Source: Camelus dromedarius
Lineage: Eukaryota
Assembly: GCF_036321535.1 (NCBI RefSeq)
Contig: NC_087437.1
Location: forward strand, 73,348,001-73,412,000
Length of the DNA: 64,000 bases
Direction of reading: 5' to 3'
The notes under the pieces were generated by a model that did no database searches, had not been told where the DNA came from, and was given only the letters and a program-made list of their open reading frames with translations. Shown piece by piece: positions 38,101 through 50,100 of the stretch (position 1 is its first letter; each line of letters opens with the position of its first letter). The translations under genes were made by a program, and so were the position numbers.

Positions 38101-41100
38101 CACTATGAAATGAAAGCATGTAATAAATTATGAATTTTCATTTTAATAAAGATGAAATAATAAAGTCCATTAAGAATATCCATTCTTTCAAAATATCAGT
38201 TCATTTAAGTATAGCTAGGCTAACATACTGGAGAGGACATGAGGGAAGAAGAGAAAAAAATTATGTGATTTTAAAGAAATAGAAAATAGAAAATTAGAAA
38301 TACATATTATCTGAAGACACACCCACATCACTGAAAGAATTAAAATAGTTCTCAGTGAATTGTGGATCTATTCATGATATATCTTATCTACAACTTTCTT
38401 AATGAAAAGTCATCTCATTTAAGTACATGATAATGTTATAGCATCCTCTGTAATATATTTAAAGAGCATCCTTTAATACTGAGCAATACTTTATGTGTCA
38501 TATCCAAAGATGGTTGGTTTCTAAAGCACTAACAAGGGTCTTCTTATAAAATAATTTCATTCGTAAGATGGGCATCTGTGATAATAAAAACCAAGGCACC
38601 ATTTGGTATCAATAATAACTCTCTTTAAATGGTTTCTATACTCATTTAGCTAAGAGGTCCTGTCTCGTGTTACGTATTACTATAAATAACAACAAGAAAA
38701 AAAATCCCACTATAAGAACTCTAGAACCATTCAGTGCAGTGGAACTAAGTATACTGCGGAACATCATTTTTCCAACGTTAGGGTATCTCCTGTAAAAAAA
38801 AAAATATTAAAAGTGCTTTTATAGCCCGTAAATTATTTTTTAAGAGGATAAAAAGTGAAGTAAACTCAGGCATCTAACTACTATAGTTTGAGCTAAGCAG
38901 ATTTTCAAAAAATTCACTCAGCCATCCATTATTTAATTACTAGGAACTTACTATCTACCATACCCTGATCTGCTGTTGTAGCTGAAATGCACAGGTAAAT
39001 AAGATTTAGTCCTTGTTTTCAGTGATCTGAGTACATTAGTAGGAAATCAACAAATCAACAACTAATTACAAAGGGAACGAGAGCAAAGAATAATAAAAAA
39101 GTAGAAGCAAATCAACAATGGAGAACAGAGAGAAGGACTGCTCTGGGATCCCAAGAGCAGTGGGTAAAAGAACAATCAGTAAAATCTTCTACAGTTGCTA
39201 CGACTTTAATTTAGCATTGAAGGATAAAGGCAATATTCTTACATGAGTTAAGAAACAAAAACAAAAATCCCATACCTTCTTCTTAAGAGGACTCTGGAAA
39301 GAAAATTTTTATAAGCATCAGCTTTCAAAAGGTGAACCCTTCTGCTAGAAGTGAATAAGAAATCTATATATCTTACCAATTAGCTCTGTACTTTGGGCCC
39401 AAAGTTCTAATCTCTAATTTTGATAAATATAACAATGGCTTATAATTCTTTAAAGTTGTTTATTCAAATAAGCCACAGACAGAGAAACCTAAGTATCATA
39501 TTAAACTCACAACAAATGACATACTAAACACCTTCTATGTTTATACCTATGTTACATGATTTATATTCACTGTCTGTCTCAACCCTCATAAAAACTCTGA
39601 GGTACTATTATCAATGAGGAAACAAAGGATTAGAAAGGCTAAACAACTCTAAAAAGACATCTCCAAGTACAGAAACCAGGATGAGAACTCAGAATTACAT
39701 GACTTTTAGAAATACCCTATCATAAATCTTAACCAATGCCTGCCTCTGCTTTTAAGAAAATATAAATGGAAGGCCTTTCTACTTTCCAAATTATATTATT
39801 GCTTAAAGACAACAGATTGCCCAAATACACTGTTTCCTTGCTCCCACAATTAAAAAGCTATTAAAAACCAATGAGGAGAAAGAGAACAGGAGGCAGAATT
39901 CATCATTCACAATGTTTCAACAAACTTTTAGAAGACAGAAAACAGATGAAGAAAATATATGCTTTAGGCCAGTATTTCTCAATCAGGAGTGAATTTTTGT
40001 CTCCAGGGGACATCTGGCATATCTTCGTACAGTTCTGGTTGTCACAACTGGGAATTGGGGGAGCATGTGCTACTGGCAGTAGTGCAAACGCTGAGAAATG
40101 TGAATGAAAATCTCAGACCAGAGATGACACTAAACTTTCTACAGTTCACGGGACTCCCTCCAACAACAAAGATTTATCCAGTTCAAAATGGCAATAGCGC
40201 CAAGGTTGAAAAGCTCTGCTTTTGGCTGAAGAAGTGCTTGCAGGAGGCATATGGATAAGAAAGCAGCCAATCTGGTCCAAAAAACCCAAGAAAGACTTGG
40301 AACTTGACTTACTGTATTATAGAAGGCCAGAGTGAGGCAGAGGACTAGAAATAAGGAGGTTAGTTGAAAGCTGAAAAAAGCAAAACAATAGACTCCTCCC
40401 AACTCTGTATAGATACCAGAAATTTATGTTTTAGGCAAAAAGGATGAAGGTTAATTCAATAAATAAATTGAATGGCCAGGAAAAAGAGTACTCCACTCTT
40501 CCATAAGTGAGATCTGAAACTTCTCCAGGGAAATAACCTCCTCTCTACCTTATCACTCTAAGTAGAATCTACCAATAAGTACTTCCCACTACAGAGTTTC
40601 CACTCAGCATTTTATTTTAAAGCACCACTGTGAAATGACTGGACAACTAAAAAAATTAAAGAATATCTACAAAATGAAAGACCAAACAAAAAACCAAAAG
40701 AGCTTGGAGGAAAAAGGAAATAATATGTAAGAAGCAGAAAACGACTCTGCAGAGGAAATAACTCTCGTATCCTTAGTAAGAAGATACTATATCCATAAAA
40801 TAAGAAAAGGATGCTATAAAAATGAACAGAGAATAAGAAAATGCTCTTAGAAACTGAAAATATGCCAAAAGAAAATTTTCAATCAATGCTGGGGGAGGGT
40901 GCAGAATCAAAGAAATCTCAGAAGAATATTAAAAACTGAAAATTATGAAAGAAAGGATGTTTAGTATACAATAAATAGGAATTCCAGTATGAGCAAACAG
41001 AAAAGAAAAGGCAGGGGAAATAACAAAAAAGAAAAGAAAAAAGGAAAAGAAAAAGAAAAAGAATCCACAGTTCACAGAAACAAGTCTCTAGATTGAAGGA

Positions 41101-44100
41101 GGCGATAGTGCAAATTGAGAAATGTGAATGAAAATCTCAGTATAAACAGTTCGAAATTCCACAGATAAAGAGAACTGAGGATATCCAGACAGTAAACTAC
41201 ACAAGTAAAAAAGAAGCAATTATTAGTCTCATGGAAATCGAAGAGCTTTAGAACCAAAAGAAAACAGAATTCCACTATACCACTTAGCTCTTTGCAAATA
41301 TTTACCTGTCATAGGGAGGCAATGATTACACAGTTTAACTAAATTAGCTTAATTTCATCGGGACTATGAAGGGCAGGAATAAGTATCCGGGTATGTTTAT
41401 GTGTGAAGGGGTAGATATAAAATTAAATTTTCATCTTGCATAGTAAGAAGTCCATAGACAACATTAAAAATTAGTAAATTAAGAAGCAGCAGTTTAAGAC
41501 CTATAATGGTAAATACCAGGAGAAATTGCTAAAATTGCTAAAGTATACTCTGAGGAACAGAACTACAGGGGCAGGAAGGTAGGGAGATGTGGGACAGAAG
41601 AATATCTAGAAACCCTTTATTTAATTTCCAGCTATTACTATAGTCATGTATTACATTGATAAACACAACTTTAAATACACATTTAAGAATACTTTGACTT
41701 TTAAATAATTTCTCTTTAGAAATATCTAACATTACCTGCTCCACACAGACTTGAAGGGTGGTGGATTTGCGTCAGCATTACACTTGAGATTAACACCCTT
41801 TCTTCCAACAAACCAGTTTCCATCATAGCCTGTTACTGAAACCTCAGGAGCATCTATAAAATAAATGTATGACAGGATAGATTATCTTTTGTTAATGATA
41901 GGTATAATATACAAAAATAAAGCATTAACATAATACACAACTTTAGAAGAACAGAAATGATTTTCCTTCTCTCATTATACATAACCAATAAGGAATACAG
42001 TACTCAGTAGGTACTGGTTGACCAAAAAAATGAGTGACTGAATGGACAGTGAACAACAAACACTGGGCAATTATAAGCATGTACAATTCTAGTTACTATG
42101 GACACTAAGTGTAAGAATATTCACAAATCTATAATCACCAAAAGCAAAATAAAAGAGTCCTATTATAAAATACGTAAAGAAACATGAACAAAGAAAACAC
42201 AGTAGTTAATTTGATAATGAGACACAGCATTTAAGTACCAAGTCACTATGTAAAACTGTCTTTAAAGAAATGTTTAATCTGAAAGGAAATATACTCTAAG
42301 AGATATCAAGTCAATTACAAAATTAGATTCCTTATATTACAATTAATTAATACCCTTTGGACATACAGAGATGTGACAAACTTTCTAAGGCTATAATTAC
42401 AACTTAAATAAATTATCTGAGACCTCAACTGCTCTAAAACATGAACTTTTATCCATTCAATGTACCCAAAGGTCTTTTAGTATATGTGCAATATAATTAG
42501 TTAAATGAGCAATTATCCATGTTTACCAGTATTATAAATTTATACCTTCAAACTATAAAATTTAATACTTACCAACCATTCAACTAACATTGTTTAGTAC
42601 CTAAAAGTGACAGGTACAGTTTTAGATGTTTGGTACACATATAGACTCTGTATTCATAAAATTTATATTCTAATAGTAACAGGGAAGATTTAACTAAAAC
42701 CTGTTATGAGGGCCAAGAAGGAAAAGAACAGGATGCTAAGAGAGAAGGTAAAGAAATGTTATTTATGCAGGCACAGGGACCCTCCATCTTTCTGTGAGCT
42801 ACATAGTAAACTAGATAAATACTACATGGCCAGATGGGAAGTTAGGGAGAGGCCAGATCAGTCTCTAATTCTGCAGGAAAGTTGACTGTCAAGCACGGTT
42901 TACAAAAACATGATAAAAAATTACTCTTTATACTAAGGACAATTACTTCAGTAATTAAAAAAACAAGCTCCTGCTCTGAAACTACCAAGAATTAACAAAC
43001 ATTTTTCTAACTTAATGTTGGTAACTAAAAAATGTTGCTGAAAGAACAGTACAGATATCTGTGAGTTTAACTTCTTTTAAAAGGAGGGGGTAAGTGTTAA
43101 AGTATCCCTAAAGAATACCTCTAAAAGTTGAGATATGAATTTTGGACATAAGATCTTATCTCCTTAAAGTTTGTTCAATGTTTTATAGGTCCCAATTAAA
43201 AATAGGAAAAAAATTACTCTAGGAACATTTTAGGAGCAAGCCAATAAATCTAAGCCATAAGTATAAAGACTCACATCAGAATAAATATTTTTATATATTT
43301 AGAATTGCATTCAGGCAAACAAAAAAGTAACAGTACACATAGCTGAAGAAAATTTCAGTCATTATTAGACACAGGGAAGAAAAAATATGTATGAGAAAAA
43401 TATCAATGGTACTGGGATTTAAATTGTGTAAGAAAAAGGGAAAAGTTAAGAATATGTAAAAGCAACGTAAGAAAAGTATAATGAAAAATTTTAACTGGGT
43501 TCTCCAGATTAAGTGAGGAGAAAAGAAGTTACATCAGCCCTCTGTATCCTAGGGTTCAGCATGTGTGGATTGAACCAACTGTGGACGAAAAATATTCAGG
43601 AAAAAAAAATTCTAAGAAGTTCAAAAAAGCAAAACTTGAATTTGTTACATACCAGCAACTATTTCCACAGTATTTACATTGAATTTACAACTATTTACAT
43701 AACATTTACATTGTATTAGGCATTGTTAGTAATCTAGAGATGATTGAAAGTATACAAGAGGATGTGCACAGATTTTATGCAAATACTATGCCATTTTATA
43801 TAAAAGATTTGTGGGTCCTTGGATTTTGGTATCCACCGAAGTGCTGGAACCAATCTCCTATAGATAAAGAGGGACTACTATGATTGTATCAGCACTCAAG
43901 AATACAACGGCAATAACCTTCACATAAGAAAGCTTCTCAAGTTTAACTCTATAAATGCTGGAAAAGATCCTTAGAATTACCTTTAGAAATCATTACAGCA
44001 AGTGTAATGAATATGTGTAACTTAAAATTCCACGTATGTCATATCAAAAAACAAAACAGTAACAATGAAAAATACAACATCTCCTTCAAAAACCTGTCTA

Positions 44101-47100
44101 GATTTATGACCTGTGCATGGATAGAAATGACAGCAGAACCTAAACACATCTCCTTATTTTATCTTTAATCTGCCTAATTTTCATTATCCTTGCTATAAAC
44201 TACCTGCACACTCTTATTCTCTTGCTGAAAAATTTTAAATGCTACACAAAAAATGTATCTAAAATGAAAAACTTTGCAGAAAAGGGAAAAGTATACACAC
44301 ACATGTATATCCACAAACACACATATACACAAGAGAGTAATCTTAACAAAAGAAATAAAAGCACAAGAATGGCCAGTTTTGAATCTTATCTATAACAATT
44401 ATTATCCCAATGATGACTTTAAAATATTGTGTTACCTTTATGAGGATCTTATAACATGATCAATAAAATCAGATTAGAAATAATATTGAAAAAATACAGA
44501 CTTTCAAACTAATTAAAATGCATCTACAACATAAAAGATTTTTGCTGAAAATATCATGGGTAGCATCAATAAAAATCAGTAAGAGCTAAGTTAACTGGAT
44601 TGGAGAAGCAGCTGTTATTCTCCAAGTATTGCAAATTTTGAGGTATAAATGTCCACAATTTACCTAAGTCCAGCCTATTTTTAAGGTTTAAAAAGGACAA
44701 AGTTGAATAATTTTAAGTTGGACAGCAACTTTAAAGTCATTATCCATCTTTACAAACTGAAAAAAAAGTTCTGGTTAAATGAAATTTCCATGAAAATATT
44801 TTTTTAATTAAGAAAAAAATGTCAACAAGGAAAATCTGTAAGAGTATCTGAATACTAAATATTCAAACTAAAAACAGTTTGATACAGGATTATGTCAAAG
44901 AAAGTTAAAATGCATGACATGTTTAAAAAGCAAATGTTATCGTTTACTTACACTGTATATCTAATATGAAAGAATATCGAATGTCCTTTTCCAAGGCTGG
45001 ATGTTTGACAACACAAGTAATTCGCCTTCCTCTAGCAAATCTGGTAGGAAAAAGCTTGTATTGGCTGACAATTGTTGCTGTTTCATTTGGAAAAGAAGTC
45101 GTAGTGGATTCCATTTCGCCAAGATCACCTTCCCAATCAATATGTGCAACTGGTTTTCCAGTGGCTGCGATACAAATGGCTGCTACTGTTTCATTTCCTC
45201 CATCAATTAAAGAATCTGGCCCTTTTATCAGGCTGACAGTGGGTTCAACTGTTTAAATTTAAAAAAAAATGAGTTACTTTTCAATTAAGAGTATATCTAC
45301 ATCCTTCCAAGCCACATCTAACCATATTTCATAAACTTAGAGACAACTGCTTATAAAAAATACACACAGGTAATATCAACACCAAATGGATTCTTACAAC
45401 AAGAGAAGATCATGAGCCAGGACAAACAAGAAGCCAATAACCATTACAAAGATGGCTCTCTCTGGTAGAGATATACTTTTCTTTACAGGGACAAGTGAGT
45501 TTTCCCCCAAATTAGTATATAATAAAAATTCTTGTGAATTTGATCATTTCCATTATGAAGTTAAGGGTACTATTACTCTGAAGAGAAAAAAATGAAGCAT
45601 TTAATATAGAATGCTTCATTTTGCAAGAAATTGTTTAAAACATTTAAAATAGGTACTGTTAAAATATAATGTCACTAATAGTTATGTCTATTGGAATTTA
45701 CATGCTACCTATCTTTTTTCTAGTATGAAAGCTCCTCAGCAGTGGAAGTAACCTTAATGTTAGACCCTTCAATCTACCTGCCATATATCCTAGCTATCTC
45801 CTTACATTTTCAAGCAAATTTTTAGAACTTCTTTCTATATAAATTCTTCAGTACTCACTTCATGAATTCTTTGGCTCAAGCCTAGTTTACTGCATACATT
45901 ATGTTTTTTATCTGAAAGACTTTTTTCCATTTCCAAGATTCCAGTTGGTTCTTTCAATGTCATCTGTTCTTGATTGCTATCTACATATTTGTTTCATAAT
46001 ATATTTTAAGGGATATCCTCCTTAAGCATTTCCTCTTTTTAAGATGTATTATTATAAAAGTAACAAAAGGAAAAGCGCTTGAAACACATGTAATGAATAA
46101 TTTACAGCAAATGTTCATGTAACCACCACACATCTTAAAAAATATTAGCACCTCCCAAGTCCCTCATATGCCCCATCTTCATAATAACACCCTGCCTGTT
46201 CAACTGTGAAACCATTATACTAACCTTTGGAAATAACTTTTTGCTTACTTTTCATGAAAGTTCTACAACTAGCAAGTGCAAACCTAAACAACAATTTCAT
46301 CTGCTTTTGAACTTTAAATGAATAGAATCAGACACATGTATTGTTTAATGAAATCAGACTATATTTTTTAATATTTTTTCTTTGACTCAATTTTGTGTTC
46401 CTGAGATTCATTTATGTGGGGGCATTTAATCTTAGTTGATTACTTTGCAATTCATTTTCTTAACTTTTTACTTTTAGGTCATTTAGATTTGCATGTAATT
46501 GTATAAATTATTAGTTTTAACTATTGTATGATTCATTTACTGTTGGACATAGGTGCTATTTCCTGTTTGATACAGTTTTATTGGAAACATTCTTATTGAT
46601 ACTGTGTATTTTGGTATATTTGTACAAAAGTTTCTCTAGTTTTTCCCTTATACTGAAACTGTTATGACTACTTTTACTTTCAACTTTAGCAGATAATGCC
46701 AAAAAGCTTCCCAAAGTACCAATTTACTCCCAATCTTAGCACTCCAATTGGTCCAAAACACTCACTACAGGTGATACTGTCAGATTTCTCAATGTTTGCC
46801 AATCTTATAAGTAAGTAACAGCATATCATTGGGATCTTATTTTTAATTTCTAAGATTAAGAATGAGGTTAACGATCTTTTCATGTTTTGGGGCCATTTGG
46901 AATTTCTTCTGCAAAATAGCTTTTAAAGCCAATTTTTTTTTTCTTATTGATTTGGGAGAAGGGGGCCTTTTCCAATTATATGTGCAAATATCTTTCACCA
47001 GTTTAGAGCTTGTATCTTTACCCAATGCTGTGTCTTGATAAGCAGAAGTTTTCATTCAAATCTATAAAACTCATCAGTTCACTGCCTTTATATACAGGCA

Positions 47101-50100
47101 TGCCTTGTTTCACTGCACTTCGCTTTACTGTGCTTCACAGATACTGCGTTACTCACAAATTGAAGGTTTGTGGCAACCATAAGTTGACCAAGTCCATCAG
47201 CACCATCTTCCAATAGCATTTGCTTACTTTCTATCTCTGTGTCACATTTTGGTAATTTTCACAATATTTCAAACTTTTTCATTATTATTACGTTTGTTAT
47301 GACGATCTGTGATCTTTGATGTTACTACTGCAAAAAGATTATAACTGTCTGAAGACTCAGATGATGGTTAGCATTGTTTAACAACAGTTTTCTAAATTAA
47401 GGTAGGTACATTTTTTTAGACGTAATGGCATTGCACAGTTAACAGACTACAATACAGTAAAAGCATAATTTTTATAACACTGATAACCAAAAATTCATGT
47501 GATGGTTTTACTGTGGTACTCCCTTTATTATAAAATTAGCTTTATTGAGGTGGTCTAGAATTGAACCCATAATACCTCCAATATACACATGTACTAAGAA
47601 ATACTTCTCTATTTCAAGGGCAAATTAGTATATGAATTTTTTTTTCATGTATAGTTTCCTATTCTCTGCAGAAATTTTATAGATTGACTTATCCCTTCAA
47701 ATGGCAAGCACTGTTGTTTAATAGTCTGTGTCCAGTAATGCCAACATCTTATGCAGGCCTGTTTCTGTTGTCTTGTTTGTGCCGGCTGCTGCTTGTGGGG
47801 TCTTCTTTACCTATATGTCTGATTATTCAAGCAGATGATAAGCCTGTGATTGAATAATTAAGGTAGAAATAATTTGAGGCTTAGAATAAAGGTATCATTC
47901 TTTCAGAAAAGATTTGTGTTTTCTTCTGCTAAGCTAGCTCCTGAGAAACACTATCCAGTTCAGGATCTTCCTAATTTCAGACTACTCAAGTGATATAAAC
48001 CAGGCCCCGAAGTCTGTAAGAAGGCTGGTTTGCTGCTGGTGTACTACAATTCTGAAAATATAAGCCTTTCGGTATCAAGAGAATATAAGAAGGGTTATTA
48101 GACATCCTACCTTGAGTAGAATTGCGTTCAGATATTTGTCTCTCTTACTTCTCAGTGATCTCAAAATCTTAGCTCATCTTAGGTGTTTCTTCTGAATTGT
48201 CAAATGTCCCCAAGGTTGAATACAGATTTCAGCTTTCAGTGCTAGGCTTATTTCCATGTTTTAGCCTTTTCCTAGATTTTGGCCTAGATATATTCCTCAC
48301 TACTTTGCTACTTCTTTGAATTTTTCAATGGTGTTTTTTATATTTCATCCCCATCCCCCGCCCCACCATGGGAGAGTTTGTGTGACCAACCTGTGCCATC
48401 ATTAGAAGCTTTTGTTGGAGAAACTTAAACTATTTCTACTACTTCTAAAAGGAATCAATCTCCTGGTTGTATAGGTTATTGGCTTTATAAAGTTTCTTTT
48501 CTCATATACCTCAACATTTTAGTTAATTTCTCTGTAACCTTTCCTGTCCCCTTCCCTGTCTAGCAGTTCCGCTGTTGCTTCCGCTTAAGATGCTACCTAT
48601 GCCCTGTATTCTCTGACTGGGAGGAACATGAAGTTTTCCCAGCCCTGTATTAATGCCAGGATTGTTAAGCCTACTTCTTTCTGCTGGTTCTTTCCCCTGC
48701 CTCAAAAGTTTCCTCTCACATGTACTAAATTGGTACTAAACCAATTGGTTTATCTGATAAACACTACTACCTAGGTGATCCCTAATTTTATTCAATTTTG
48801 ATATAAAACTTGACTCTATAGTTTCTAACCGCCTATCTGGGATTTTTTTCTCTATGTATCCTCAAATTCAATAAACGAAATACTGAACTCATCTCATTCT
48901 CCCAATCCCCAACATCTGTTTTTCATTCAAACTTGCCCATTTAAATCAATGGTAACAATTTACTCAATCGCCAAGGTTCAAAACTTGTTATTGTTCAAAC
49001 CTCCCTAGTTTCTTATATCCAGTCAGTTACAAAGTTCTGCTACTTTTTCCTTTGTAATAGTTCCCTTCCTCACTCAAGTGGCAGAAATTAGAAAATTAAG
49101 TTCAAGCTTTCATGGCCTCATGGCTAAAGCATTACAATTTCAAGATCTCTTTTCATTTTAATCCATCGAAAACACCAGACTGATCTTCCTAAATCACAAC
49201 TTTCATCACATTACTCCCTACATCAACTCTATGAATTAGGCACCCCTCTAATCAAGGTGAGAAGACAGTCAAAGCAGTGTTTCTCAAACTTTAATGTGTG
49301 TACGTATCACTGGGGAGATCTTCCTAAAATGTAGATCTATTACTCAACAAGTCTTGGAGGGGTCTGTAATTCTATATTGCTAATGAGCTCCCAAACGATG
49401 CCATTGCTGCTGGTTCACGAACCATACGTAAAATCGCAAGAATCTGAGAATAACAGAAGGAAGGTGAGAAAGAGCACAAAAGTGTATACCAAGTTTTCAT
49501 TTCAGTAAAATAAAGCTCAAATTCCCCATCTTAATATTCAGGTCACTTTAAAGCGGTCCTACTCTACCTTTCCAGCCTTTAATTCTTGTATTTTATATTA
49601 GTCCTTTCAACAATCAAGAGTATTCAGTGGTCCACCAGAAATACGTGCCAATGTCGGGAGATATTCTAAGTTGAACAAATGAGGAAAAGTGCTACTAGCA
49701 AATAGCGGCTAGAGGCCATGGATGCTGCTATATAGTCTACAATGGACAGTGCAGCTCACCACAACAAAGAATTCCAGCCCAAAATTTCAACAATGCCAAT
49801 GTTGAAGAAACTCTGCCTTAGTATGTACTGTTTTCTGCCTCCCTGCATTGGCTCACTTACTCTCCTTTTGGCCTACCTAAAACCTACCCACCTTTCAAGG
49901 GCTTGCTCAACTATCTTTTTCTACAAAACATGTCTAAACTACCAAATTTACTAACCCATTCCTATACCCTCCTTAAACATTTAGTGTATGACTGCTATAT
50001 ATCAAGAACTCTTACAGGCTTTAGGGATACAAAGTTAAATTTTAAAGTGTAGAGTTGCAGTGTACTACACGTTTATAGTGGAGAGGACATATAATATGCA

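Noticed and set aside
44961..45256. ORFs 44961..45149(-), 44966..45256(+) and 45001..45210(+) as separate or overlapping genes
   Set aside because: They are off-frame or antisense shadows of NECTIN3 exon 3; the real frame is bounded by splice sites.
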